Of a DNA stretch of 64,000 bases, positions 36,502 to 45,450 are shown one piece after another. Position 1 is the stretch's first letter. The number at the start of each line of letters is the position of its first letter. Position numbers and translations under genes: made by a program. This DNA is from a virus. Taxonomy: Duplodnaviria; Caudoviricetes. The stretch spans positions 1 to 64,000 of IMG/VR virus record IMGVR_UViG_2920580016_000003; one strand, written 5' to 3'. The notes under the pieces were generated by a model. That model was given only the letters and a program-made list of their open reading frames with translations, made no database searches and was not told where the DNA came from.

Positions 36502-37197
36502 ATGGCCGCTCCAGCGTTCGAAGCGGCGGGCGCCGCCGTGGTCGACATTCTCGCGTCGGCCGACATCGCGGCCCCAGAGGGGACGGCGGCAGGCAAGCTC
36601 GTCTTGGTCACCATGTTTTTGGACGGCGACGCCCTCACCGTCACCCCAGCGGCCGGTTTTACGGCAGCGGAAGGCATCCCGTCCCAGATCACCGGCGTCA
36701 GTGGCTCCCACAGCCTGTACGTGTGGTGGAAGAGGCTCACGGGCGCTGACCTGGGGCCTTACACGTTTTCGTGGGGTACGGACCGCTATGTGGAGACGTT
36801 CTCCACCCTCTACAACAACGTCGTCGCCAGCGGGACACCTTTCGACAGCCCCACCGATACGGCCCAGGACACTGCCAACGACACCGTCACACCCGCCGTG
36901 GATGTCACCTCGCTGGGCCCGGACAGATTGCTCGTTTGGGGTGGCACGAACTGGGCGGGCGGCGCGTGGACGCAACCCACAAGCTTCGCCAGCCGCTACA
37001 ACACTGCCGGGGTCGTCTCGCTGGCTGACCGTTCCTGGCCGACCGCGGGCAACTCCGGCCCGGTCACCGGCACGTGCACCGGCAGCGACAAGAGAACCGC
37101 TTGGCTCGGCGCCATGATCGGCACCACCGGCGGCGCCGCAGCGGCCGCTTCTCCGCCCTCGCGCCGTCCAGGCATGGGCGCGCTACTCCAGCTCTAA
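36502..37197 (+). CDS. Putative structural beta-rich protein
   Basis: P.GTAAG.LVL...TP..GFT...VWWKR...YTFSW pattern. Confidence 0.7.
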   Translation: MAAPAFEAAGAAVVDILASADIAAPEGTAAGKLVLVTMFLDGDALTVTPAAGFTAAEGIPSQITGVSGSHSLYVWWKRLTGADLGPYTFSWGTDRYVETFSTLYNNVVASGTPFDSPTDTAQDTANDTVTPAVDVTSLGPDRLLVWGGTNWAGGAWTQPTSFASRYNTAGVVSLADRSWPTAGNSGPVTGTCTGSDKRTAWLGAMIGTTGGAAAAASPPSRRPGMGALLQL

Positions 37198-37215
37198 CCT
37201 CGGACGGAGGCAGCC

Positions 37216-37695
37216 GTGGCAGCCCAAAGAGGCGTCTACACCGTCGTGTTTCAGGCGCAGACGATCGCCGCCGCGTCCGGCGACTACGACCTGTTCGAGC
37301 TGGACGCCGCCGCAGGGAAACCCGTCGAGATCGTGGCGGTGAAGCTCGGCAACAAGAGCGAGACGGGCGATGCCGGCGAAGAGATGCTCGAGTACGCGAT
37401 TGTCCGCGGCAACACCACGACCGGCAACGGCACCGCCACGACTCCGCGCCCCCTGGACCCTAGCGACGGGGCGGCCAGTTTCACCGCCAAGACGGTGTCG
37501 TCGACCCCGGCGAGCGCCGGGACGGCCGTCACTCTCGTCGCCGACACGTTCAACATTCGCGCAGGCCTGCCGGAGATTTATCCGGAACTGATGAGGCCGA
37601 AGACGGCGGAAGCTGACCTGCTATGCGTCCGACTGATCACCGCGGTCGCCGACGATGTCACGTTGAGCGGCACGCTCTGGGTGCGGGAACTGTGA
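37216..37695 (+). CDS. Putative structural jelly-roll-like protein
   Basis: GGAGG SD; beta-strand pattern. Confidence 0.7.
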   Translation: MAAQRGVYTVVFQAQTIAAASGDYDLFELDAAAGKPVEIVAVKLGNKSETGDAGEEMLEYAIVRGNTTTGNGTATTPRPLDPSDGAASFTAKTVSSTPASAGTAVTLVADTFNIRAGLPEIYPELMRPKTAEADLLCVRLITAVADDVTLSGTLWVREL

Positions 37696-37770
37696 CACAT
37701 GCCGCTGTTCGGGCCCGCGGCCTTGCCGCCGCGCCGGCCACGCCGACTCGTTTTCACGCTGGGGGGTGTC

Positions 37771-38154
37771 GTGGCCGATAGCGCAGTGCCGATCACCCCC
37801 GGCAGCGGTGCGAACATCGACACGTACCAGATCGCGGGCGGCGACCACCAGCAGATCGTCCGCGAAGCGCGCGCCACCGCCATCACCACCAACACCTGGA
37901 CGGTCAGCACGACAGCGTCCGCCTCGCAGATCGCCGCCGACGCAGGCCGCCTCACCGTCGTCATGGTTTCGTTGGCGAGCGCCCGCGTCTACCTGCGGTT
38001 CGACGCGACCGCGCCGACCGCGGCCGCCCACCACTGGTATCTCGATCCGGGCGACCGGTACGAGGTGCCGCCCGAACTCGCCACCCTGGCCATCAGCATG
38101 CTGGGCCAGTCCGCTGGCGGCACCATCCTGACCACGCTGGCGACGGCGAGCTGA
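37771..38154 (+). CDS. Putative structural protein (start could be 37699)
   Basis: GGGGGGTG SD before GTG 37771; VYLRFD.TAPT...WYLDPGD. Confidence 0.65.
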   Translation: MADSAVPITPGSGANIDTYQIAGGDHQQIVREARATAITTNTWTVSTTASASQIAADAGRLTVVMVSLASARVYLRFDATAPTAAAHHWYLDPGDRYEVPPELATLAISMLGQSAGGTILTTLATAS

Positions 38155-38157
38155 ACG

Positions 38158-39894
38158 ATGCCGATCTCCCCGCGCGCCGTCTACTCCAACCCGGACATGT
38201 GGAACACGTTCGGCCACTCCTACCTGCAGTTCACCGGCGGCAGCGTGGATCAGACCGGCCGGTTTGATGCGATCTTCCGGGCGATGTTGGACATCGAATA
38301 CACCAACTGGCGCAACCGGGCCGTGTCCGGCGCCCAGTTGATCCTGGAGGGCCGCAAGCTGGGCGGGTTCGGGCGCGTGTTCCAGGAGTGCGGCAAGAAC
38401 ACCGGACGGGGCGCCCCGTACACGGCGGACGGCGGCGCGCTGCTGATGTGCTACGGCATCAACGACCTCGGCGGCAACGGCACCGGGCCGTCCACGTTTA
38501 CGGCGTTGCGGACCAACTTCATCCACACGATGCGGGCCTGCATCAGCTTGTGGCGGGCCGCCCGCGTCTGGGACAACACGTCAGCGTCCGGCATCGCCTA
38601 CGGTGCCGGGTTCACGCAGGTGAACGGCACCTCCAACTGGTCGTTCGGCAGCAGCACACATGCGGCGACCGCGTTGACGAACGCCAACTTCACGATCACC
38701 CTGCCGAGCGATTACGCCGGCGAACCGGTCGTGATCTGCTTCGACAGTCAGTCCACGAACGGCGGCACCGTCACGTTCGGCGGCACAGCCGGGGTGACCG
38801 GCACTTTCTCCGTGTCGAACATCAACAACGTGCTGTTCAACCACAGCAAAGCGGTCAAGCGGATCACGAACCTGACCGCCGCCAACGCCGGACAGACGAT
38901 CACCGTGACGGTCACCCAGTTGGACTCGGGCGGCACCGTCGCTTTCGACTGCTGGTGGCTGGAAGCCAAAGCCGCGCCTCCGATCATCGTGTGCAACGTC
39001 GCCCGGTTGCCCGCCAACGGGTACGCCATCTACACCAACTGGACCGGCACCGAAGCCGCCAAGGACGCCGAAGTCGTCGCACTCAACGGCGACATCAACG
39101 CGCTGGTCGCCGAGTTCGACGCGATGGTGCAGGTCGCCGACATCGACAGCGCGTTGAACAAGACCTCCGCCTATTTCTGGGATGGGTTGCATCCCAACGA
39201 GCTGGGGTCGGCGAAGTGCGCGGACGCCTGCATGACGGCGTTGCGCCGGATGAGTCCGACGACGGAGCACGGCATCGCCGTCAATTTCAACGTTCCCTCG
39301 CCACGGCAGGGAGCGGTGATCCGCAACCGGATCACCGGTATCTGGTACGCGCCCGAGCACACCTCGCAGGGCACAGCAGGTGTGATGACCGTCCAGACGC
39401 AGTATTGGCTGCCGTGGATCGTGTCCCAGGGCCGGGAACGCTACATCCAGATCGGCATCCCGGTCACCACCGGCGGCACCACCGGCGACACCATCCGGTG
39501 GGGCATCTACGACGACGTCGGCTGGCTCGGCTACCCGCAAAACCTGGTGACCGAGGTCACCAGCGCGGGCGTGTTCACGATCCCGCCAACCGCCGGCGTG
39601 ATCGCCGCGTCACCCACCTCCGGCACCGGCTCGCTGAATATCACGCTGGATCCCGGCCTGTACTGGCTGTCGATCAAGTGCATCACGCATCCCGGAACCC
39701 AGGCCGTCGCCAAACTCAACGGCCCCTCGGCGTTCCAGCTCCCCAACGTCAACCAGACCACAGGTCTCGTGCTGCTGGGCTGCGGCTACCAGCTCGCGTC
39801 CCAAGGCACCGGTGCGCTCGCTGACGTCGCCCCTGCTCTGACTCCTGCGAACGTCGCTAACAACATGCCTGCCCTCATGTTGAAGCTGTTCTAG
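38158..39894 (+). CDS. SGNH/GDSL hydrolase-domain structural protein
   Basis: Block I FGHSY, II NRAVSG, III YGIND, V DGLHPNELG; jelly-roll insert and C-terminal beta domain. Confidence 0.8.
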   Translation: MPISPRAVYSNPDMWNTFGHSYLQFTGGSVDQTGRFDAIFRAMLDIEYTNWRNRAVSGAQLILEGRKLGGFGRVFQECGKNTGRGAPYTADGGALLMCYGINDLGGNGTGPSTFTALRTNFIHTMRACISLWRAARVWDNTSASGIAYGAGFTQVNGTSNWSFGSSTHAATALTNANFTITLPSDYAGEPVVICFDSQSTNGGTVTFGGTAGVTGTFSVSNINNVLFNHSKAVKRITNLTAANAGQTITVTVTQLDSGGTVAFDCWWLEAKAAPPIIVCNVARLPANGYAIYTNWTGTEAAKDAEVVALNGDINALVAEFDAMVQVADIDSALNKTSAYFWDGLHPNELGSAKCADACMTALRRMSPTTEHGIAVNFNVPSPRQGAVIRNRITGIWYAPEHTSQGTAGVMTVQTQYWLPWIVSQGRERYIQIGIPVTTGGTTGDTIRWGIYDDVGWLGYPQNLVTEVTSAGVFTIPPTAGVIAASPTSGTGSLNITLDPGLYWLSIKCITHPGTQAVAKLNGPSAFQLPNVNQTTGLVLLGCGYQLASQGTGALADVAPALTPANVANNMPALMLKLF

Positions 39895-39909
39895 CCGGGG
39901 AGGCCGCCG

Positions 39910-41478
39910 GTGCCGATCCTGCTGCTGCCCCGCTCGAGCGCTACCGGCTCCACAGCGGCCGTCACCGGCGCCGCCTCTCAGGCGTTGGCGGCCCGGGCCG
40001 GCGTGGTGAAGGTGGCGCGCGTATCAGCCACCGCGTCGACCGCGCTGGCCGCCACGGGCGGTGCGCGGAAGACCGCTCCGGCGGTTGGCCGGGCAACGAC
40101 CGCAGAGGCAGCTACCGTCACGGCGCGGAAGGTGGCCACGCCGACCGCCCGCGCGGCCACCGCATCGACATCGTCCGCGGCGGCACGGAAGGTCGGCCTG
40201 ACGGGCGGGCGCAACCTGCTGGCCACCACAGCGACGGCGGCCGCCCGCAAGACGATGCCCGCCGCGCTGCGCGGTGTCCTCGCCTGCGCCGCCGCCGGCA
40301 CGACCGCCAAGACCGCGATCTCGGCGGGCCGGGCAACGGTCGCCGCCGCCGCGTATGGCGTGGCCGTACACCGGGCGTCCGCGGTCGGTCGAGCGGACGC
40401 CGCCGTATCCTCGACCGCTGCGGCACGGAAGGCCGCACCGGGTTCCGCGGCCTCGCACTCGGCCCTGTCCGGGGTCGCGGCCCAAACAGCTCGTAAACCG
40501 GCATCTGCGACCGGCACAGCCGCTTTCGCGTCGCCGCTGACTGCCCGCAAGAGCGCGCCCGCGGCCGGTTCGAGCACCCTTGGGGTGGCGGTTCCTGTCT
40601 CGGCTGCGAAGACGCTACCGGCCAACGCCACCTCGGCGTACGCGACGGCGTCGTCGGCGACCGCCCGTCATCTCGCCGCGGCGGCAGCCCACAGCAGGCT
40701 CGCTCTTGCCCAGCAGGCCGCCGCAGCGAAACTCGCCGCAGCGGGGGGCCGTTCGCCGCTCGCGCTCCGCTCGACGGCCACGGCGGGCGGCGTCGACACG
40801 ATCTCGGTCACCGCCCACGCCGGACTCGCGCTGACCGGCCGCGCCGTCACAGCCAAGACCGTTCAGGCTGCGGCCGCCGGGCTGCTGGCCTCGGCCGCGA
40901 CCTCAATGCCCGTGAAGCGCGCCCCAGCGGTCGGGTCGGCGCCGCTCGCCTTGTCGGCGCGCCGGTCGCAACTCATCGTCCGCGCAGTCACCGCCGCCGG
41001 GTTCCTCTCCGTGGCAGGCCGAGGCGCCGCAGCCAAACGCGCCGTACCGGTCGGCCTGGCCGGGCTGCTGGTCGCCGGCACCGCGACGGCTCGCCGGGGC
41101 GCCGCCGCGCAGGCCGCGGCCACGCTCGCCGTCACCGGCCGGGCGTCCACCGCGCGCTGGGCGAGCAGCAACACCACCTGCTGTGCCGCATTCGTCGGCC
41201 GTGGGACGGTTGCCCGGATCGCGTCCGTGGCGGGCCGAACCCCGGTAGGGCTGGCAGCCGCGGTGGCCAGCACCCGCCGCATCGCCGTCGCAGGCCGCGC
41301 CGACCTGGCGTTGGCGTCGCACCTGGTGCTCGTCGTCGACAGCGGCCCGGTCACGGTTCCGCCCACGTCGGCTCCGCGGCTGGGCTTCTCGCCTGCCACG
41401 GTCCGGGTGACGCGGAGAGGGGTGCGTCCGCCCGCGACCGGTTGGACTGCGGGGCCGCCACGGTTGGGGAGGCATTGA
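39910..41478 (+). CDS. Ala-rich fibre-like protein with ~20-aa periodic repeats
   Basis: ARK recurs at ~20-residue spacing; Pro/Arg-rich C-terminal tail. Confidence 0.7.
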   Translation: MPILLLPRSSATGSTAAVTGAASQALAARAGVVKVARVSATASTALAATGGARKTAPAVGRATTAEAATVTARKVATPTARAATASTSSAAARKVGLTGGRNLLATTATAAARKTMPAALRGVLACAAAGTTAKTAISAGRATVAAAAYGVAVHRASAVGRADAAVSSTAAARKAAPGSAASHSALSGVAAQTARKPASATGTAAFASPLTARKSAPAAGSSTLGVAVPVSAAKTLPANATSAYATASSATARHLAAAAAHSRLALAQQAAAAKLAAAGGRSPLALRSTATAGGVDTISVTAHAGLALTGRAVTAKTVQAAAAGLLASAATSMPVKRAPAVGSAPLALSARRSQLIVRAVTAAGFLSVAGRGAAAKRAVPVGLAGLLVAGTATARRGAAAQAAATLAVTGRASTARWASSNTTCCAAFVGRGTVARIASVAGRTPVGLAAAVASTRRIAVAGRADLALASHLVLVVDSGPVTVPPTSAPRLGFSPATVRVTRRGVRPPATGWTAGPPRLGRH

Positions 41479-41762
41479 TGGCGTACATGCCCGCCACCAG
41501 CAAAGAGGACGTGTACGTGCGGTGGGGTGCGGACGCGGTCGGCCAGCCGGTGCAGATCGCGATCGTCCCGCCGTCGGCCGGGGAGCCTGGCGACGCTGAT
41601 TACCGCAATGCGACGTGGGTGGATGATGAGGCGTCGCTGCTGGTCGGAGCCGGAACGGATGTGCCGCTCGCTCCCGGCGTGTATGTGATCTGGTCGCGGG
41701 TCACGATCGGCAGCCGCCGCCCGGTCCGACGGTCCGGGCTGCTGACGGTCGGCACGCCATGA
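41478..41762 (+). CDS. BppU-like small adaptor protein (copy B)
   Basis: SKEDVYV...VQIAIV...EP.DADYRNATW...LLVG...L.PGVYVIWSRV...RP; paralog of 34873-35160. Confidence 0.7.
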   Translation: MAYMPATSKEDVYVRWGADAVGQPVQIAIVPPSAGEPGDADYRNATWVDDEASLLVGAGTDVPLAPGVYVIWSRVTIGSRRPVRRSGLLTVGTP

Positions 41763-43291
41763 CGGTCCTGTCGCCGTGGGAGGTGGCCGCCCGCCACTTC
41801 CAGCCGAGACCGCGCCGCTGGCCCACGCCCGGGGCGCTCGCCCGCGCACTCGACCCAACCACCGTGCAAACCCCGGCGCTGGACGTCATCGATCGCGAAC
41901 TCGTCGCCCTGGCCGACGGCGCCATCGACCGGCTCATGGTGTTCATGAGCCCACAGGAGGGCAAGTCGGTGCGGGTTTCGCACCGGTTCGTCGAATGGCT
42001 GCTCGTCGAAAACCCGGACCTGCGGGTCGCCATCGTGTCGTACGCGGACGAGATGGCCCGCCGGTGGGGCGCCGACATCAAACTCGACGCCCAATCCTTC
42101 GACGGCGCCGACGGCAGCGTCGACCTCGGCATCCGGTTGCGCGCCGACTCGCGGGCGGCGGGCCGCTGGCAGATCGACGGGCACCGGGGCGGCGTCTACT
42201 GTGTCGGTGTCGCCGGCGCGTTGACCGGCAAACCGGTCGACGTCATGGTCATCGACGACCCGATCAAGGACTTGGAGCAGGCACAGTCGGCGGCGTACAG
42301 GGATCGGGCGTGGCGGTTCTGGCAGGCCGTCGCTGTCCCCAGGTTGGGGCCGGGCTCCAAGGTGGTGCTTATCCAAACCCGCTGGCATGAACAGGACCTT
42401 GCCGGTCGGCTGCTCGCCCAGGACGCGGGCAGGTGGCGGGTCGTATCGATTCCGGCGATCGCCGAATCCGACGACGATCCGCTCGGCCGCCGCCCGGGTC
42501 AGGCTATGGAGTCGGCGCGCGGTCACCGCGACTGGGCGAAGATCCGAGCTGACGTCGGCGAGTACGTGTGGGCCGCGCTGTATCAGCAGCGGCCGGCCCC
42601 CGCGGATGGTGGTCTGTTCAAGCGTCACAGTCTGCGCCACTGGTCGAAGGGTGCGGAGGAGCGGCTGCTGCTCGACGGCCGGGTCGTCGATCTGCGGGAC
42701 TGTTGGCGGTTCCTCACTGTCGACCTCGCCGCCAGCACCAGGACGAGCGCCGACTACACGGTGGCGGCGGTGTGGGCGATCGCTCCGGACGGCGACCTGA
42801 TCATGTTGGACGGGGTCCGCGAGCGCATGGACCCGGCCGGGCATTGGCCCGCGGTGCGGGCGCTGCGTGAGCGGTGGGCCGCCGATGTCGTGTTCGTCGA
42901 GTCGCGCATGTTCGGCACCACCCTCGTGTATGAGGCGGGCACGGCTGGTGTTCCCGTGCAGGAGTTGCACGCCGACACCGACAAGGTGACCAGGGCGCTG
43001 CCGGCCACTGCGCGGGCGGATTCGGGGCGGCTGTGGTTTCCGCCCGAGGACCGGTTCCCGGACTGGGCCGATTGGCGGGACGAGCTCTTGTCCTTCCCGA
43101 ACGGTGCGCACGACGACGTCGTGGACGTGGTCGCGTATGCGGCGCGGGTGGCGGGCGCCCACTGGCTGCCCATGGAGAGGCAGCGGCGCCCGAGCGCAAG
43201 TTCCGGCTACGGCAACGGCGTGATCGAGCAGGCGTACACGGCCGCGACCGGCAGCAGCGCGGGCCTCGATCTGATGGCGATCGACTATTAG
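41759..43291 (+). CDS. terL: Terminase large subunit
   Basis: Walker A SPQEGKS, Walker B VMVIDDP, nuclease TVDLA and FPNGAHDDVVD. Confidence 0.95.
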   Translation: MTVLSPWEVAARHFQPRPRRWPTPGALARALDPTTVQTPALDVIDRELVALADGAIDRLMVFMSPQEGKSVRVSHRFVEWLLVENPDLRVAIVSYADEMARRWGADIKLDAQSFDGADGSVDLGIRLRADSRAAGRWQIDGHRGGVYCVGVAGALTGKPVDVMVIDDPIKDLEQAQSAAYRDRAWRFWQAVAVPRLGPGSKVVLIQTRWHEQDLAGRLLAQDAGRWRVVSIPAIAESDDDPLGRRPGQAMESARGHRDWAKIRADVGEYVWAALYQQRPAPADGGLFKRHSLRHWSKGAEERLLLDGRVVDLRDCWRFLTVDLAASTRTSADYTVAAVWAIAPDGDLIMLDGVRERMDPAGHWPAVRALRERWAADVVFVESRMFGTTLVYEAGTAGVPVQELHADTDKVTRALPATARADSGRLWFPPEDRFPDWADWRDELLSFPNGAHDDVVDVVAYAARVAGAHWLPMERQRRPSASSGYGNGVIEQAYTAATGSSAGLDLMAIDY

Positions 43292-43304
43292 GCGGGGTGA
43301 GTCG

Positions 43305-45362
43305 ATGCCGGTCAACGCCCCCACCCGCGACATTGGCTACCTCGACCAGGTGTACGGCTACTGGCTTGGCGACCTGCTCGAGCAGATCCCCGACCTCATC
43401 TGGCCCCAGTCGGTGCAGACCTACGCCAGGATGCGGCACGACCCGCAACTCAAGGCCGTCCTATCGGCGTACACGCTGCCGATCCGGCGTGCCGCCTGGT
43501 CGGTTGACCCGGCTGGCTGCCGCGACGAGGTTGTCCAGCTCGTCGCCGACGATCTCGGGCTGCCGATCCTCGGCGCCGACAACAGGCCCGGCCCGGCGCG
43601 CCGGCGCGGAGTGCGCTGGGCCGACCACCTGCGACTCGCGTTGCAGTCGCTGGTGTACGGGTTCATGCCGTTCGAACGCCGCTACGAGATCGTCAACGGG
43701 CAGGCGCGTCTCATCAACCTCGGCGAACGGCTTCCCCACACGATCGGCGCCATCAACCTGCGCAAAGACGGCACGATCGACACCGTCCAGCAGGACGTCG
43801 GCACAACGCAGAAGATCCCGGCCGACCGGCTCGTCTGGTACGTCAACGAACGCGAAGGAGCTAACTGGGCAGGCCTCAGCATCTTGCGGCCCGCCTACGG
43901 CCCCTGGCTGATCAAGCATGAGATGTGGAGGGTGAACGCCACATCCATCCGCAGATTCGGGATGGGCGTCCCCTCGGTGGAAGCCCCAACCTCTGCGACT
44001 CCCGCCCAGGTATTGGAGGCGCAGCGGCTGGCGTCCGCGATCCGCGTCGGGGACCAGTCCGGAGTCGGGTTGCCGCCCGGCTTCAAACTGTCCCTCACCG
44101 GGCTCACCGGTTCGGTGCCGGACGTGATGGCGTTCGTCAGCTACTTGGACCAGCAGATGGCCAAGCAAGCCCTCGCCGGTCTCCTCGACCTGGGGCAAAC
44201 CCCGAACGGCTCCCGCGCGCTGGGCGACTCGCTGAAGGACATGTTCCTTCTGTCGTTGCAGGCGGTCGCGGAGGAGATCGCCGAGACCGCCACCTCTGGC
44301 CAGCCGGGCATGGACGGGATCGTCACCCAGCTCGTCGACTACAACTGGGGCGAGGACGAGCCTGCGCCCAGGATCGTTGTCGCCGACGTCGGCTCCCGCC
44401 AAGAGGTCACCGCTGAGGCGTTGGACATGCTGATCCGCGCCGGCGCGATCACCCCGGACGCCGAGTTGGAGGCGTTCGTCCGCAACACGTGGAAACTGCC
44501 GCAGAAGGAGCAGCGTGCGCCGATAGCGGCGCCAACTCCTGCCTCGCCGGTGCACGCCGCGCCGCGCCGCCGCCCCCGCCAAAAGCGCGCCCAGGCCGCA
44601 TCGGAGGGCGGGCAGCGACGCCAACTCACCCTGCTCGAGGCGCAGGCCGGGATCGACCCGGACGCCATCCACGCCGTCTGGGAGAACTCGCTCGACAGGC
44701 TTCTCAGCGACTGGCAGGAGATCAGCGCAGACTGGCGTTCCACGCTCGCTGAGCGGATAGCCGCGCTCGTCAACGCCGGGGATCTGACCGCGCTCGCCGG
44801 GATTGTGCTCGACACGACGGCCGCGGCGGTTCTCCTGGCCGAGGCCATGGTGGATGTCGCCAGGGAAGCGATCCGGCAGCTCGTTGCGGAAGCCGCATCG
44901 CAGGGCGTCGACGTCGACCCGCCGGAGCCGGACGAGGTCGGCCTGACCGCCATCGCGCGAGCCATCGCCGCGCTGCTGGCCGGGTGGTTGTCCGGCGCGG
45001 CCGGGCGCGAAGCGCTCCGCCTGGCGGTGCCGGGCGCGGATGGCGAGCAGGTCGCCGACGGTGTCACCGCCCACCTGGAAAGCCTCAGCGACGTGTTCCT
45101 GCGGGATCAGTTGGGTGCAGCCCTGTCGCAGGCGCAGGCGTCCGGCCGGTTCGCCGTGCTCGACGTCGCACCGGAAGCCCAATATCTGGCGAGCGAAGTT
45201 CTCGACTCCGGCACCTGTCCGAGCTGCCTGGAGATCGACGGGACCGCGTTCGACAGCCTCGACGAGGCCAAGGCCGCGTACGCGAACGGCGGCTACATCA
45301 GCTGCCAGGGACGCCTTCGCTGTCGCGGCATAGTGGCAGCTCTTTGGCCGGAGGGAGTGTAG
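43305..45362 (+). CDS. Portal protein (Mu gp29/DUF935-like) fused to a MuF-like minor head domain
   Basis: NWAGLSILRPAYGPWLIK, RFGMGVP; C-terminal EVLDSGTCPSC..IDG...CQGRLRCRG. Confidence 0.88.
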   Translation: MPVNAPTRDIGYLDQVYGYWLGDLLEQIPDLIWPQSVQTYARMRHDPQLKAVLSAYTLPIRRAAWSVDPAGCRDEVVQLVADDLGLPILGADNRPGPARRRGVRWADHLRLALQSLVYGFMPFERRYEIVNGQARLINLGERLPHTIGAINLRKDGTIDTVQQDVGTTQKIPADRLVWYVNEREGANWAGLSILRPAYGPWLIKHEMWRVNATSIRRFGMGVPSVEAPTSATPAQVLEAQRLASAIRVGDQSGVGLPPGFKLSLTGLTGSVPDVMAFVSYLDQQMAKQALAGLLDLGQTPNGSRALGDSLKDMFLLSLQAVAEEIAETATSGQPGMDGIVTQLVDYNWGEDEPAPRIVVADVGSRQEVTAEALDMLIRAGAITPDAELEAFVRNTWKLPQKEQRAPIAAPTPASPVHAAPRRRPRQKRAQAASEGGQRRQLTLLEAQAGIDPDAIHAVWENSLDRLLSDWQEISADWRSTLAERIAALVNAGDLTALAGIVLDTTAAAVLLAEAMVDVAREAIRQLVAEAASQGVDVDPPEPDEVGLTAIARAIAALLAGWLSGAAGREALRLAVPGADGEQVADGVTAHLESLSDVFLRDQLGAALSQAQASGRFAVLDVAPEAQYLASEVLDSGTCPSCLEIDGTAFDSLDEAKAAYANGGYISCQGRLRCRGIVAALWPEGV

Positions 45363-45365
45363 ATC

Positions 45366-45449
45366 GTGACTCCAGAGCGTGCCCTCGGGATCGTCATCCT
45401 GATCCTGGCGATCGCCATCATGGTGTTCCTACTGCTGAAGGTCATCTGA
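45366..45449 (+). CDS. 27-aa hydrophobic peptide
   Basis: VTPERALGIVILILAIAIMVFLLLKVI fills the portal-protease gap. Confidence 0.4.
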   Translation: MTPERALGIVILILAIAIMVFLLLKVI

Positions 45450-45450
45450 C

